Assembly: GCA_018691345.1 (NCBI GenBank)
Contig: JABGTJ010000016.1
Span: 125 to 64,124 of the forward strand
Length of the DNA stretch: 64,000 bases
Direction of reading: 5' to 3'
DNA from: Methanobacteriota archaeon
Lineage (GTDB): Archaea > Thermoplasmatota > Poseidoniia > Poseidoniales > Poseidoniaceae
How positions within the stretch are numbered: the stretch's first letter is position 1; each line of letters starts with the position of its first letter. Both the position numbers and the translations under genes were made by a program. Below the pieces are notes generated by a model. It saw only the letters and a program-made list of their open reading frames with translations. It was not told the DNA's origin and searched no databases. This document shows, one piece after another, positions 24,328 to 34,155 of the stretch.

Positions 24328-26163
24328 TTACAGTCTTTGATGGGATTTTGCAAGACGTCCAGGAGTGTTCGGCCATTCCCATGCCGGAGCATGAGCGCGA
24401 GCCAACCCAATCACCGTATTGTCTTGATACACCAGGACATCACTTCCCGCACGTATTGATTTGTCATACGATTCAACGAGTGGTCCGAAAATGTCCCCTT
24501 TCCAAGCAATACCTGAATGGAGATGGACTTTCGGTAACGCGTTGAGTTCATCCAACGTTGGAATGACGGCTTTGGGTAGCGAAAAGCCGCTTCGATCGAT
24601 GGACCAAAGTGCCATCTGATTTTTATCCCGTTCAAGACGATACCGTGGAGGTTTACCACGAACTTTCATCTCGGCAAGCCATGAATCGGTGTTCATTTGC
24701 TTTCGAGAGATGCTTGCGAAATTGTCAAGCAAAATCTTCTCAGTACGTCGACCACGAGCGCTAAAGGTATCCACTGCGTCACGAACTGCTTCAGAAAGTC
24801 GTTCTAAGGCATCATGTGAGCCCGCAGAATCGCCTTGACGAGTATCGATGACATCAAGTGATTCGTGTTCAAATTCTATACCAGAATGATTGATGATTCG
24901 CTTGTAGTTGTGACGGTCAACCAAAACTTGGAACATGCGTTGAATTCTTGCGAGTTCATCACCGGTCCAATCACCTGTAACGGGGACATCATAGTGACCA
25001 GCGGGCCAAACTTCCTCAAGATCTCTTGGGACCAAGCCAAGCGGTGATGTGACCATGACTTCGTGGCAAGCACTGGTTCCGATAGCACGAATGAAACGGC
25101 CATGGGATTTTGAAAGCCGATACGGTTTCCTTGCAGAGCATGGAAGCAAAACTAAAATGGTATCCAGCCCCTCAGGTGCAGTGTATTTTGTCGAAATATA
25201 AGATTCCCAATCCGCTATTAGTGGGTCTGATTGTACTGATGCAGAATGACAAGGGAATTTGAAATCAGATGCAACATGTGATGAAAGAAGGCCGGGAATG
25301 TGTTGGCACAAAAGGTCATGGCGGCGAAGGTGTTCCACCAACCTCGGACTGGTCAGAGATTGACGGTCTGCAAGAGAACGCATCTGGTCTGTTGCCAATG
25401 CACTGCGGACAGATGCTATCGCATTCACCCAATGCGAAACCTGCTCATCCATACCAGCAGATTCATTCATTGATTTGACAATGTGCCGTGGTCCTTGTTC
25501 GGTCAACAGAACACCAGCTGCAGCCGCCTGCCTCGACCGTGAGAGATCGAATAAATCGACACCGAACCAAACAAGAACTGCCAAATTGTCCGGGCCCCCA
25601 AGTCCAGGTGTCCACAGGAGAGCACCTGGGAATTGCTGCTTCAAAATGGATATAGCTTCGACCAAACGCCCAGGCTGTGCTGCAAGTTGTACCGCATCAA
25701 CAAGAACCACCACATCAGGTTTCAGTTCAGGGTCTGTGAGGCTTGCATCGTGATTCAGCCGCTGCCAAGAGACCGGTAAGACTTGAGCAGTACCTGCAAC
25801 TTCACCTGCATCGGCTTCATCGAGCGACGGTGGCAAGACGTGTCCAATCGACACACTCCACGAAGGTGAGATGGCCGAAAAGTCCGGGGGTGAGAGTGGA
25901 AGTCTCGATTCAAAGTGGAGCGTTGCCGGAATAGCATCATCCGTTGATGAACGGAACGGAGCGAGATGAGGTTCAACCTCAATGTCTCCATCGAGTAAAA
26001 CCAATGCAGGAGTCGACGATACCGGTTTCTTGCGGTCTCCCAATGCCCACTGCCGAGCAAAGCGATAACGTGCAACAACGGTACGGCCCAGACCATCTTC
26101 CATGGTTGGGCCAAAAGCCATTGCTTCTTCAAGCATTGGACACGAAGAAAGGCCTAAGTTCAA
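24328..26163 (-). CDS. arcS: Archaeosine synthase ArcS (TGT-like domain + DUF5591 + PUA)
   Basis: TGT-like LWTPGLGGPDNLAVLVWFGVDLFD. LLPCSARKPY is the DUF5591/ArcS hallmark. The C-terminal PUA-like segment is VLVYQDNTVIGLARA. The true start is probably an internal ATG (about 26136 or 26121) before DGLGR. Confidence 0.8.
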   Translation of the reverse strand: MNLGLSSCPMLEEAMAFGPTMEDGLGRTVVARYRFARQWALGDRKKPVSSTPALVLLDGDIEVEPHLAPFRSSTDDAIPATLHFESRLPLSPPDFSAISPSWSVSIGHVLPPSLDEADAGEVAGTAQVLPVSWQRLNHDASLTDPELKPDVVVLVDAVQLAAQPGRLVEAISILKQQFPGALLWTPGLGGPDNLAVLVWFGVDLFDLSRSRQAAAAGVLLTEQGPRHIVKSMNESAGMDEQVSHWVNAIASVRSALATDQMRSLADRQSLTSPRLVEHLRRHDLLCQHIPGLLSSHVASDFKFPCHSASVQSDPLIADWESYISTKYTAPEGLDTILVLLPCSARKPYRLSKSHGRFIRAIGTSACHEVMVTSPLGLVPRDLEEVWPAGHYDVPVTGDWTGDELARIQRMFQVLVDRHNYKRIINHSGIEFEHESLDVIDTRQGDSAGSHDALERLSEAVRDAVDTFSARGRRTEKILLDNFASISRKQMNTDSWLAEMKVRGKPPRYRLERDKNQMALWSIDRSGFSLPKAVIPTLDELNALPKVHLHSGIAWKGDIFGPLVESYDKSIRAGSDVLVYQDNTVIGLARAHAPAWEWPNTPGRLAKSHQRL

Positions 26164-26187
26164 AGAGCATACTTTACAGGGACATAT

Positions 26188-28425
26188 ATGGACGACAACA
26201 TGTCAATGCGCCGAATGGGTGCTGGTGTACTCATGGCATGTCTTCTTTGCATTCTGTCGTTGGCACCAGTACCGTTTACATCCGCAGAGAATGGAACGGA
26301 TGATTCAGTCTACATCGACGGCAGAGTTGTCGGATACATGTCAAACGGAGTGGACAACCACTCTCGTCAGTGGAGCATCGGAGAAGGTCAATGGACAAGC
26401 CTCGTTCTGGAATGCCAGCAATGTTCTGCTGAAATTGACCTTGCTGGGGTCATCCACCAAGTTACCAGCGAAATCACCGTACAATCGAATTCAAACGGTA
26501 CTGCAACACTTAATTTGTATTCACCACTTACAGAAACAGTACGTTATTCCTTAATTGAAACCATCGATGAATCGTTTCCATCGGTTCGGCCAGCTCCTTC
26601 CGAGAATGTAGAGCAAAGAGATCTCGAATATTGCGTCAACGTAACTGAATGCATCCAGCCAACAAAAGGACACCTTGACGGCATTCCATTTGGAGAATAT
26701 TCCTCACAACATTTTGCAACAGGTGTTCTCGAGGAAGTAGGAACTGAGTACATCGCATTCAGTATGACAAGTGGGGATACTTTGGAACTGCAGGTGATGC
26801 ATGCAACAAACGACATTGCAGTCTCTGTATACTACCAAAATTCATCTTCAGAAGTACATCACGAATTGACTCTTGTTCAGCCGCAAGGGCTCAATGCATC
26901 GGAATCGGGAGAAAATGGCCTATGGCACTTTGATGAAACCGGCAGGGCACTGGTAAAAATCGACGGCAGCATTGCAAACACGGGCTGGGCGATTAAGACG
27001 ATGCGTTATACCGAGAATACATCGCTCCAATTGATTGAGAATCCTCACGAACTGATACTTGTAGGCCACCACTTAACGTTAGCCACGCTTGCAATAAATG
27101 AAACTCAAAAGTTCACGTTCCAACCGTTATACTTAGACGCGACAATCCGAATAGACCAACTTGTTGGAGCATCATGGATATTCGGTGATGAACTCAACAT
27201 CAGTACAGACCCACCTTTCGTGTTTTATCCGTATCCAAACATCAGCGCAGTTCGTGTTCATTTGTTATCGCCTGTGCATTATGTTACAGTTCAAGTGGAT
27301 GACTTTTCTGACCTTGACTCAGGCCTTGAAGCACCTTCGGTACGACCGTTGTCACGTCTCAGTGAAAATACATCATGGCCCATAATGAACCTCGATTCAG
27401 GACCGATTGAAGGTGAAATGACACTGTCCATACACGACACAGCTGATGTTTACAAGTTGGAAGTGAACGGTTGGTTCGAATCCAAACATTTCGTCCAATT
27501 CACGCTGGAGAGTATGGCCATCGAACAATTTGAGTTGGAGGTTTGGAGCATGGACCAAGATTCTTGGGAAGTCATTGACTCACGACGTAGTACGTTTAGC
27601 AACGGTAAAATTCAGGCATCTCTAGAACTTGGACCAGGAACGCATTTTCTGCGAGTAGCGTTGGTTGATGCAACTAACAGCACACCGCATCCATGGGGCG
27701 AGGACGCACCATCACTGACCTACCTTCTTTCATCTTCGTATTCACTTCTTGATGAAGGCGAAGAACCGTACTTCCCTCCAGATGAAAACGCCGAAAAATG
27801 GGGTGTTCGAGCTCGATTCTTCCTTGGCTCCTTATTCCTCTTACCCGTGCTTTATTTGGGTGTGATTCAATACAGGAATACCAAAAGTGCTCGAGAAATG
27901 TCGACAAAATCTGAGCAGTTGGCCTGGTTTAAATCGCAATTGGACTCTGGTGAAGTGACACCGAAACAATCACGAGCAAATCTTACGAAGGCCCTTCAGA
28001 CTGTGACGTTACTCTCTTGGGATGAGGCAAACTCGACTTGGGGTAAGCCTGACCTTGATTACCGTACTGACAACGTCGCCATGGCTGTTTGGAAGTTAGA
28101 TTCACGCATTGCTAAATCCGAGGGAGCCATTCCGCTCATGGTCGGAGTTCACCTCATCGAAGGAAATTGGGACTTGGCGGCATTGCGGTTTGATGCACCT
28201 GTAGGACAACCATGGAATGTAGAACATGTAGAACCAAGATTCCTCAATCGTGGAGAAGAAGTCTTCCTTGACACCATGGTAAAGGGTAACCGAACATTCA
28301 TCATGGCAGAACTTCATGGAACCGCTGCTGCTGTGGACGTTGAACTCAACGGACGTATGGACGGCAAACCAAGCGCCATTCGAATACCTTCGACGCTTCA
28401 AATACTCGATTTAGAAGAAGAATGA
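26188..28425 (+). CDS. Single-pass surface protein with a ~175-aa cytoplasmic C-terminal domain, function unknown
   Basis: 745 aa with a signal peptide (MRRMGAGVLMACLLCILSLAPVPFTSA), a TM helix (FFLGSLFLLPVLYLGVIQY), and a C-terminus ending LDLEEE. Confidence 0.65.
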   Translation: MDDNMSMRRMGAGVLMACLLCILSLAPVPFTSAENGTDDSVYIDGRVVGYMSNGVDNHSRQWSIGEGQWTSLVLECQQCSAEIDLAGVIHQVTSEITVQSNSNGTATLNLYSPLTETVRYSLIETIDESFPSVRPAPSENVEQRDLEYCVNVTECIQPTKGHLDGIPFGEYSSQHFATGVLEEVGTEYIAFSMTSGDTLELQVMHATNDIAVSVYYQNSSSEVHHELTLVQPQGLNASESGENGLWHFDETGRALVKIDGSIANTGWAIKTMRYTENTSLQLIENPHELILVGHHLTLATLAINETQKFTFQPLYLDATIRIDQLVGASWIFGDELNISTDPPFVFYPYPNISAVRVHLLSPVHYVTVQVDDFSDLDSGLEAPSVRPLSRLSENTSWPIMNLDSGPIEGEMTLSIHDTADVYKLEVNGWFESKHFVQFTLESMAIEQFELEVWSMDQDSWEVIDSRRSTFSNGKIQASLELGPGTHFLRVALVDATNSTPHPWGEDAPSLTYLLSSSYSLLDEGEEPYFPPDENAEKWGVRARFFLGSLFLLPVLYLGVIQYRNTKSAREMSTKSEQLAWFKSQLDSGEVTPKQSRANLTKALQTVTLLSWDEANSTWGKPDLDYRTDNVAMAVWKLDSRIAKSEGAIPLMVGVHLIEGNWDLAALRFDAPVGQPWNVEHVEPRFLNRGEEVFLDTMVKGNRTFIMAELHGTAAAVDVELNGRMDGKPSAIRIPSTLQILDLEEE

Positions 28426-28448
28426 CCGAAGCAATTTGCCTCGTCGAA

Positions 28449-28465
28449 ATGCTGTTTTACAGCAT
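28449..28465. terminator. Hairpin between convergent genes (candidate bidirectional terminator)
   Basis: atgctgt-ttt-acagcat is a perfect 7-bp stem with a T-rich loop. It lies between the stops at 28425 (+) and 28482 (-). Confidence 0.35.
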
Positions 28466-28481
28466 GAGATGAGTAGAATAT

Positions 28482-28754
28482 TCAGAACTTCGGACGAACG
28501 GTAACGACCGATGTGTTTTCCAAGTCCACGACCTCATCAGAATCAGAGTCATCAAGGGTTTCGCCTTCATCAACGTCGTCATTTACCTCGACATCAATAT
28601 TCAAACCCTTCTTTGATTCGAGTTTAGAGATCTGGTTTTGGAGCAATTCAAATTCGATTTCCAAATCTTCGACGACGTCGCGAACCGTCTCCATTTTGTC
28701 GTTAATACGAGATGCGAGTTTCTTCATCTTGCGTAGCACACGCTTCTCGGACAT
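28482..28754 (-). CDS. Small acidic coiled-coil protein
   Basis: 90 aa with a heptad-like N-terminal half and a D/E-rich C-terminal half. It lies directly downstream of dnaJ. Confidence 0.5.
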   Translation of the reverse strand: MSEKRVLRKMKKLASRINDKMETVRDVVEDLEIEFELLQNQISKLESKKGLNIDVEVNDDVDEGETLDDSDSDEVVDLENTSVVTVRPKF

Positions 28755-28823
28755 GAATTTGCGAAGTTACGAGAGGTTATGAAGACTTATGCGATATTTA
28801 TCTCGCTAATAATCGGAACCTTG

Positions 28824-29951
28824 TCAGTTTCGTCGGTCACGTGCATCGTCTTTGATACGCTCCACGATGTCGTTCGGAGCGAGAGTAGATTTCAAATCTT
28901 GAAGAGCTTTTTTCGCCTTCTTATCGATTTTCTTTGGCATGTGAAGTTTCAGAAGAACAACTACGTCACCACGGCCACTGCCGCGACTTCGAGGCAGACC
29001 TCGCTTCTTTACTTCAAGCGTATCACCCGAATTTGAATACGCTGGAATCTTAATGTTCAAGTCCTTTCCATCAACGTGTTGAATCGTAACTGTTGTGCCA
29101 AGCACTAAGTCCGAGTAACCCAAAGGCAATGACATGATCAAATCGGCACTTGAGCGTTCAAACCAAGGGTGGGGTTCAATCTCGATTTCGATGAACAAAT
29201 CACCATTCTCACCTTTACCTTGAGGTGCTGGCTCTCCTTTACCTCGCATACGCAAGCGAGTACCTGCTTCAGCCCCGGCCGGGATATTAAATCGAAGTGT
29301 TGTGGATTTGATGTCCTTACCGTTACCTCGACAATGGGAACATGATTCAACAGCCGTACTGCCAGTACCGCCACAAGTTGGGCATTCACGAACGACGTCT
29401 TGAACGAAAGGTCCGACTTGTTGCCGCATTCGAACTCGACCTTGACCGCTGCAATCTCCACATTCAGAGGTTTTACCGTCTTTTGCTCCAGTCCCATCAC
29501 AGTGAGTGCAGGCGACCGGAAGTTCAACTTCGACTTCCTCAGTGCTGCCCGCATAAATTTTGAACATGTCAACGGTGTGAATCATCCGAATATCGGAACC
29601 TCGCCGACGTGAGCGGCGTGAGCCACCTCCACCCCCACCAAAGATATTGGAAAAGAAATCTCCGCCAAGGATATCTTCAAGGTTGATGTTGAAACCACCG
29701 CCTCCGAAGCCACCAAACGGAGAACCTCCAGGTCCATTATGTCCAAATCGGTCGTACTGCGCACGCTTTTCATCATCGGATAAAACGGCATATGCTTCTT
29801 GGATTTCTTTGAACATATCCTCAGCATTTTCTTCCTCACTACGATCAGGATGGTACTTACGGGCAAGGCTACGGAAGGCATTCTTGAGTTCTGCAGAAGT
29901 GGCCTGTTTATCCACACCGAGAACTTCGTAATAGTCACGTTTCTCAGACAT
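28824..29951 (-). CDS. dnaJ: Chaperone DnaJ (type I: J domain, G/F region, four CxxCxGxG)
   Basis: DYYEVLGV...KYHPDR (HPD) and a G/F-rich linker. The zinc-finger repeats are CTHCDGTG, CGDCSGQG, CPTCGGTG and CSHCRGNG. Start at the internal ATG is preceded by GGTGA. Confidence 0.92.
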   Translation of the reverse strand: MSEKRDYYEVLGVDKQATSAELKNAFRSLARKYHPDRSEEENAEDMFKEIQEAYAVLSDDEKRAQYDRFGHNGPGGSPFGGFGGGGFNINLEDILGGDFFSNIFGGGGGGSRRSRRRGSDIRMIHTVDMFKIYAGSTEEVEVELPVACTHCDGTGAKDGKTSECGDCSGQGRVRMRQQVGPFVQDVVRECPTCGGTGSTAVESCSHCRGNGKDIKSTTLRFNIPAGAEAGTRLRMRGKGEPAPQGKGENGDLFIEIEIEPHPWFERSSADLIMSLPLGYSDLVLGTTVTIQHVDGKDLNIKIPAYSNSGDTLEVKKRGLPRSRGSGRGDVVVLLKLHMPKKIDKKAKKALQDLKSTLAPNDIVERIKDDARDRRN

Positions 29952-30017
29952 ATGCTCACCGAACAAGCCTAGGGGTAGTGAAGTCCTCTTTCAACATCAC
30001 GCTCAAAATCCATCGCC

Positions 30018-31010
30018 TCACGCATCTAAACCGCAATGAAGACAGAACGGTTCTCCGAGAGGTATAGGCGAACTGCAGCCTTTGCAGAGGTTACCTGCAG
30101 GAGGCGGTGCGGGAACGCTGGTTTGAGGTGCAGTAGCGAACTGTGCGGTATCCAACATGGCCATGTCTTCGATGCTACCTTGACTAGATACGGGTGGCGG
30201 TGAATCCCGAGCATAAGTGGTATCCATTTGACTTACAGGTACTTTGACATCAGTTATGCTGGTTCCCGAATCAGACAGAACCGAATCAATTCCTCCATCG
30301 TCACTCACGGATGTCATTTTCAGTTCAGAATCATCTTGGTTTGAATTCGTGCGCATTGGAGCAACTGGTCGTTGAGCAGTCACTGGTGCAGCAGAGGATG
30401 CAGCCCTGAGCGCTGATTGCCGACGTTCCTCACGGCGTGTATCTGCATCACCTCGTCCGAAAACCATACCCATAAAATCAAGAAACGAATCCATCGGTGA
30501 AGCCTTACGCTTGGCGCCAATGGTTGAATGAACCTGTTCTTCACCGAACATTTCATTTCCCGATACTCTGCTGTTTGCCCGCCGTACTTGCTTAGATTCC
30601 AAGAGTAAATCCACTTCGACTTTATCGTCTTCATGCAATTCCAATTCTGGAGATTCCATGTCAATATTGGCAACCTGGCTTTGCAAGGCCAATTTCCCTT
30701 CAGGACTGAGGTTACCATCAAGCTGGACATTGGTTTGCCAAACTCCTGCTTCTTCAGCCTGGTACACTTTCTTCATCGACTTCATAGTTTGCGAACGATG
30801 GTATTCAAAATCACGAACGGTCCGAGTTTTACGAAAAAGAACGATACCAAGAACAACTGCAATACCATACCAGACATACATAATCAGTGGTTCAACCTCA
30901 AAAATTTGGCGAAGGGGTGTTACCGCCAAGTGCACCGCACCCATTAACAAAAATGGCAATATCGCAACACCACGGGCCGTTACTGAACGCTCCTTTACCA
31001 TGCTGAACAC
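30018..31010 (-). CDS. Two-TM membrane protein with a disordered region and a C-terminal Zn-ribbon
   Basis: N-terminal TM helices (GVAILPFLLMGAVHLAV; IMYVWYGIAVVLGIVLF). The terminal ribbon is CKGCSSPIPLGEPFCLHCG. Confidence 0.6.
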   Translation of the reverse strand: MFSMVKERSVTARGVAILPFLLMGAVHLAVTPLRQIFEVEPLIMYVWYGIAVVLGIVLFRKTRTVRDFEYHRSQTMKSMKKVYQAEEAGVWQTNVQLDGNLSPEGKLALQSQVANIDMESPELELHEDDKVEVDLLLESKQVRRANSRVSGNEMFGEEQVHSTIGAKRKASPMDSFLDFMGMVFGRGDADTRREERRQSALRAASSAAPVTAQRPVAPMRTNSNQDDSELKMTSVSDDGGIDSVLSDSGTSITDVKVPVSQMDTTYARDSPPPVSSQGSIEDMAMLDTAQFATAPQTSVPAPPPAGNLCKGCSSPIPLGEPFCLHCGLDA

Positions 31011-31062
31011 CGTTCGCTTTCATACAACACTCAAGTAAGTTGGCATAAATTGCTTGAACATA

Positions 31063-32094
31063 TTATCGGTCTTGTGAAGCACGGCCCATTCGAATCAACC
31101 CATCGATAAGACCCACTGAAAAACTTGAGTGAAGCATTACCAAGCAAATAGGGACCCCAAAAACCGAAGAAAAACGTCTTGACTTCAGTGCACTTCGCAG
31201 ACCTTCAAGCAAAAGGACCGTTCCATAACATGCTGGCAAAAAGCCTGCAAGTGGAGTGCCAATTGCAAAAAGTGAAACGGTAACGATTGCGCCAATCCAT
31301 GGTAAAAATTCTCGAAAACTTGCCCGGTTTGGATGCTTACGTAAAATCTTTGAACGCCAAAATCCGTATCTATGACCCATTTTCCACCATTTGCTCAACG
31401 TCGAACGCTTTACCATCCGGACGTGTGTTGCAGGGGTTCGAGCCAGAATAAAACCGGCATTTAGGAGTCGCATTGATAGATCACTGTCCTGGCTGGTGAT
31501 GAAGTTTGTATCCCAGCCATTCACCGACTCAAGAGCCTGGCGTGAATGCATGGCAAACGCTGGAACCTGTGTAACGCCTCGAGATTTGAATCCATCGAAT
31601 TGGCCATTGCCACTGCCCAATGGAGATGTGAGGCAGCCTTCAATCCATGATTCTACCAAACTGTGGTGCCCTTTCCTTGGCAGCACCTTCACGCCAACAC
31701 CGCCTAATGGTTTCGTATGCTCCTCTTCAAGTAAGTTCCATTCGTTGAATCGAACTTCAAGATGATCCCTGTCGACCGTACAGTGGCCAATCATTTCGAC
31801 GGTAAATTGTACGGAAGATGGTAGAATCTTTAGTGCCAAGTTACGGGCCTGAGCAACGTACTTTTCTGGGTTTGAATGCAATTCAATTCGAGGACCGTTG
31901 GTACGCTGGCTCAAAGCAACCATTCGTTCGACTTTTTCCAGAGTTGAATCCGTCGAACCTCCGTCAAGAACCAAAACCATATGTTGCTCAGCGGGCAAAC
32001 TCTGTTGGATAAGTGATTCAAGACACGCTTCGATGTATTTTTCTTCGTTGAGCACAGGGAGAACGGTTGCAACCATCGGCCCTGAACCACTCAT
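31063..32094 (-). CDS. Family 2 glycosyltransferase with C-terminal TM segments
   Basis: VATVLPVLNEEKYIEACLESLIQQ, LDGGSTDST, and QDSDLSMRL (DxD-like / ED motif). Confidence 0.8.
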   Translation of the reverse strand: MSGSGPMVATVLPVLNEEKYIEACLESLIQQSLPAEQHMVLVLDGGSTDSTLEKVERMVALSQRTNGPRIELHSNPEKYVAQARNLALKILPSSVQFTVEMIGHCTVDRDHLEVRFNEWNLLEEEHTKPLGGVGVKVLPRKGHHSLVESWIEGCLTSPLGSGNGQFDGFKSRGVTQVPAFAMHSRQALESVNGWDTNFITSQDSDLSMRLLNAGFILARTPATHVRMVKRSTLSKWWKMGHRYGFWRSKILRKHPNRASFREFLPWIGAIVTVSLFAIGTPLAGFLPACYGTVLLLEGLRSALKSRRFSSVFGVPICLVMLHSSFSVGLIDGLIRMGRASQDR

Positions 32095-32183
32095 ATGCTG
32101 CCGTATGTACGCTCACCTTTCACCTGTTCGCCAAAATAGGAGTTGAAAGGCATGTTCATGTGGAGGTGGTTCTTGGCAGGTCC

Positions 32184-32699
32184 ATGCAAGAACCAATGCT
32201 GCGCCTCAATGGTGTCAATGAAAGCTTGCAGATTCGTATCGAAACGGCATTACGAGGAGCAGATATCCCGCAAAGAGTCGAACTGGCCGTGCTCACTCTA
32301 TTCCCAGAATTCCCCGTACCAAAACACCTTCAAAGTCCGCAACTCGGCCAAGCAAGCGACACGGTTTGGACAGCAGAGAATGTATCCCTTGCCACGTTCC
32401 TCAAACTGATGCATGAACAACGTATTCTCGATACTGCCTTGGATGCAATGACGGTTTCCTTTGAGGGCTCGAAAACGCAGTTTTCATTACTCCGTCAAGC
32501 TGCAATCGTTGGTAAAGTCGCTTTCCCCTTACCAGGGGAGAGTCCGCTTGGCGGTCTAATCAATGTCTATCTCGAAGGGCAAAATTTGGGTGACTGGCTT
32601 GAAGCAGCCACATGGCACAAGGGTCGTGACACTGTTCCGCGCAGTATTCAAGATGACAACACAATGGGTCTCGACGGTGAAGCAGTTACTTGGATTTAG
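32184..32699 (+). CDS. Hypothetical protein
   Basis: Trimmed to the internal ATG (MQEPMLRLNG) to avoid overlap with the divergent GT2 gene. No motif recognised. Confidence 0.4.
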   Translation: MQEPMLRLNGVNESLQIRIETALRGADIPQRVELAVLTLFPEFPVPKHLQSPQLGQASDTVWTAENVSLATFLKLMHEQRILDTALDAMTVSFEGSKTQFSLLRQAAIVGKVAFPLPGESPLGGLINVYLEGQNLGDWLEAATWHKGRDTVPRSIQDDNTMGLDGEAVTWI

Positions 32700-33723
32700 A
32701 GAGATAACCAGAATCTCTCATCCAATGAACGATGTCCTCGTCGCTTCCAAGCCAATCGAGTGGCGAGTCATCATCGATTCCCCTCCAAGCCAAAGCATCA
32801 TGAGCAGTCCAAGAACTTGAATTCATGAGATTAAGTGATTCATCTTTTAATTCAACGGGTAATATATTCAAAGCAATATCAAACGCAGCTAACTCATGGT
32901 GCCAAACCCCAAGGGAAGGCTTTGCAGAGACGTCCCACCCAAGTTCCTCCTTGAATTCCCTCACAACAGCTTGTTGCAATGTTTCCTCAATCTCTACTTT
33001 CCCGCCGGGGAATTCCCACTTGCCAGGATGTTTTTCGTGTGGCGCACGGCGAGCGACAAGATAACGGTCGTCACGTGTCAATAACCCCCCAACTACCGAA
33101 ACAACGGGTCTGAAAAGCATGCGTTGAATTACTTCTTGAATGAGAGTCGAAGCCTGTTCTAACGAGCATGCTTCGAAGCCAGGAAGATGAATGAAGAGGC
33201 AAGGTTTTGAATCGATGTTTGGCATTGAGAGTGTGTGAAGGGTTCGATAAAGAGTTTCATTACAAATGAATGTGCCTGCATCCGTTGATAATTCCCACCC
33301 GTCACCCATTTTTTCTTGCTTCCAAGCTTGGACTGGGGCTGTAACAAGCAAATCTCCATGTTGAGAGAGGGGCTGTTCGAAAACTTGGCGTCCTGAATTG
33401 TCTGGTATTCGCATGGAGAGTATGTTTTGCGCACGGGTTTCAATTCTCGGCAAAGAGCACGATTCACACAGACCTAAATGGACAATTAGATCCCATTCCT
33501 TTCCTGATGAAAGGAGATTTGAGACCGTGGTTGAGCCCTTTTCATCGACCGTGAGAACCATTGTATCGAGAGTGACGTGAATGGGCTCCAATTCCCTCGC
33601 CCTCAACCTCGACCAAGGGTCTGGGCAAATGAAAGACATCGGAAGAGAAGCGAGGACTTCCATGGAGATATTACGTTCATTGTTGCCGAACGGCTCGAAT
33701 CCAGTCACAAGTACATGAGCCAT
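32686..33723 (-). CDS. Fusion protein: pyroglutamyl peptidase I (C15) + MutT-like Nudix hydrolase
   Basis: The N-terminal half has MAHVLVTGFEPFG, catalytic-Cys context DAGTFICNETLY, and His context FIHLP. The C-terminal half has a perfect Nudix box, GKVEIEETLQQAVVREFKEELGW, preceded by KWEFPGGK. Confidence 0.8.
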   Translation of the reverse strand: MAHVLVTGFEPFGNNERNISMEVLASLPMSFICPDPWSRLRARELEPIHVTLDTMVLTVDEKGSTTVSNLLSSGKEWDLIVHLGLCESCSLPRIETRAQNILSMRIPDNSGRQVFEQPLSQHGDLLVTAPVQAWKQEKMGDGWELSTDAGTFICNETLYRTLHTLSMPNIDSKPCLFIHLPGFEACSLEQASTLIQEVIQRMLFRPVVSVVGGLLTRDDRYLVARRAPHEKHPGKWEFPGGKVEIEETLQQAVVREFKEELGWDVSAKPSLGVWHHELAAFDIALNILPVELKDESLNLMNSSSWTAHDALAWRGIDDDSPLDWLGSDEDIVHWMRDSGYLSKSK

Positions 33724-33816
33724 GACGGTTCGTTGGCGTGAGGGTTTTTCATACTCTTGCCTCTCATCTTGCGTCATCTTGACAAACAAGTAGTGCCACG
33801 TCAATCCGTGGGGAGC

Positions 33817-34155
33817 ATGGATTCGGCAGATGAACTATCACTGGACCCCGATGAAAATGACGACGCCATTTCCAATTTGAGGCCTGTACGACTCCTCCGA
33901 GAAATTTGGAAAGAATTTACTTTTGGAGTAGGCGCATGGGGTACATTGCGACCGCTCCTAACCGCACTCCTTGCAGCAGTCCCCTTCTTATTCCTAGGCC
34001 AACATGCGAATCGACAGCATAGAAAGGCGTTTGACTGGTCGCTCTTACAGATCCCTCTGGCATTGACCATCGTGCTATGGATTGGACTGTGGCTCTATTC
34101 CATCTTTGATGCGTGGAGAGCAGCAACTCAATTGAGTGCTGGACGAAATGACTAA
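33817..34155 (+). CDS. Small two-TM membrane protein
   Basis: The internal ATG is preceded by GGGGAG. TM segments are LLTALLAAVPFLFLG and IPLALTIVLWIGLWLYSIF. Confidence 0.45.
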   Translation: MDSADELSLDPDENDDAISNLRPVRLLREIWKEFTFGVGAWGTLRPLLTALLAAVPFLFLGQHANRQHRKAFDWSLLQIPLALTIVLWIGLWLYSIFDAWRAATQLSAGRND

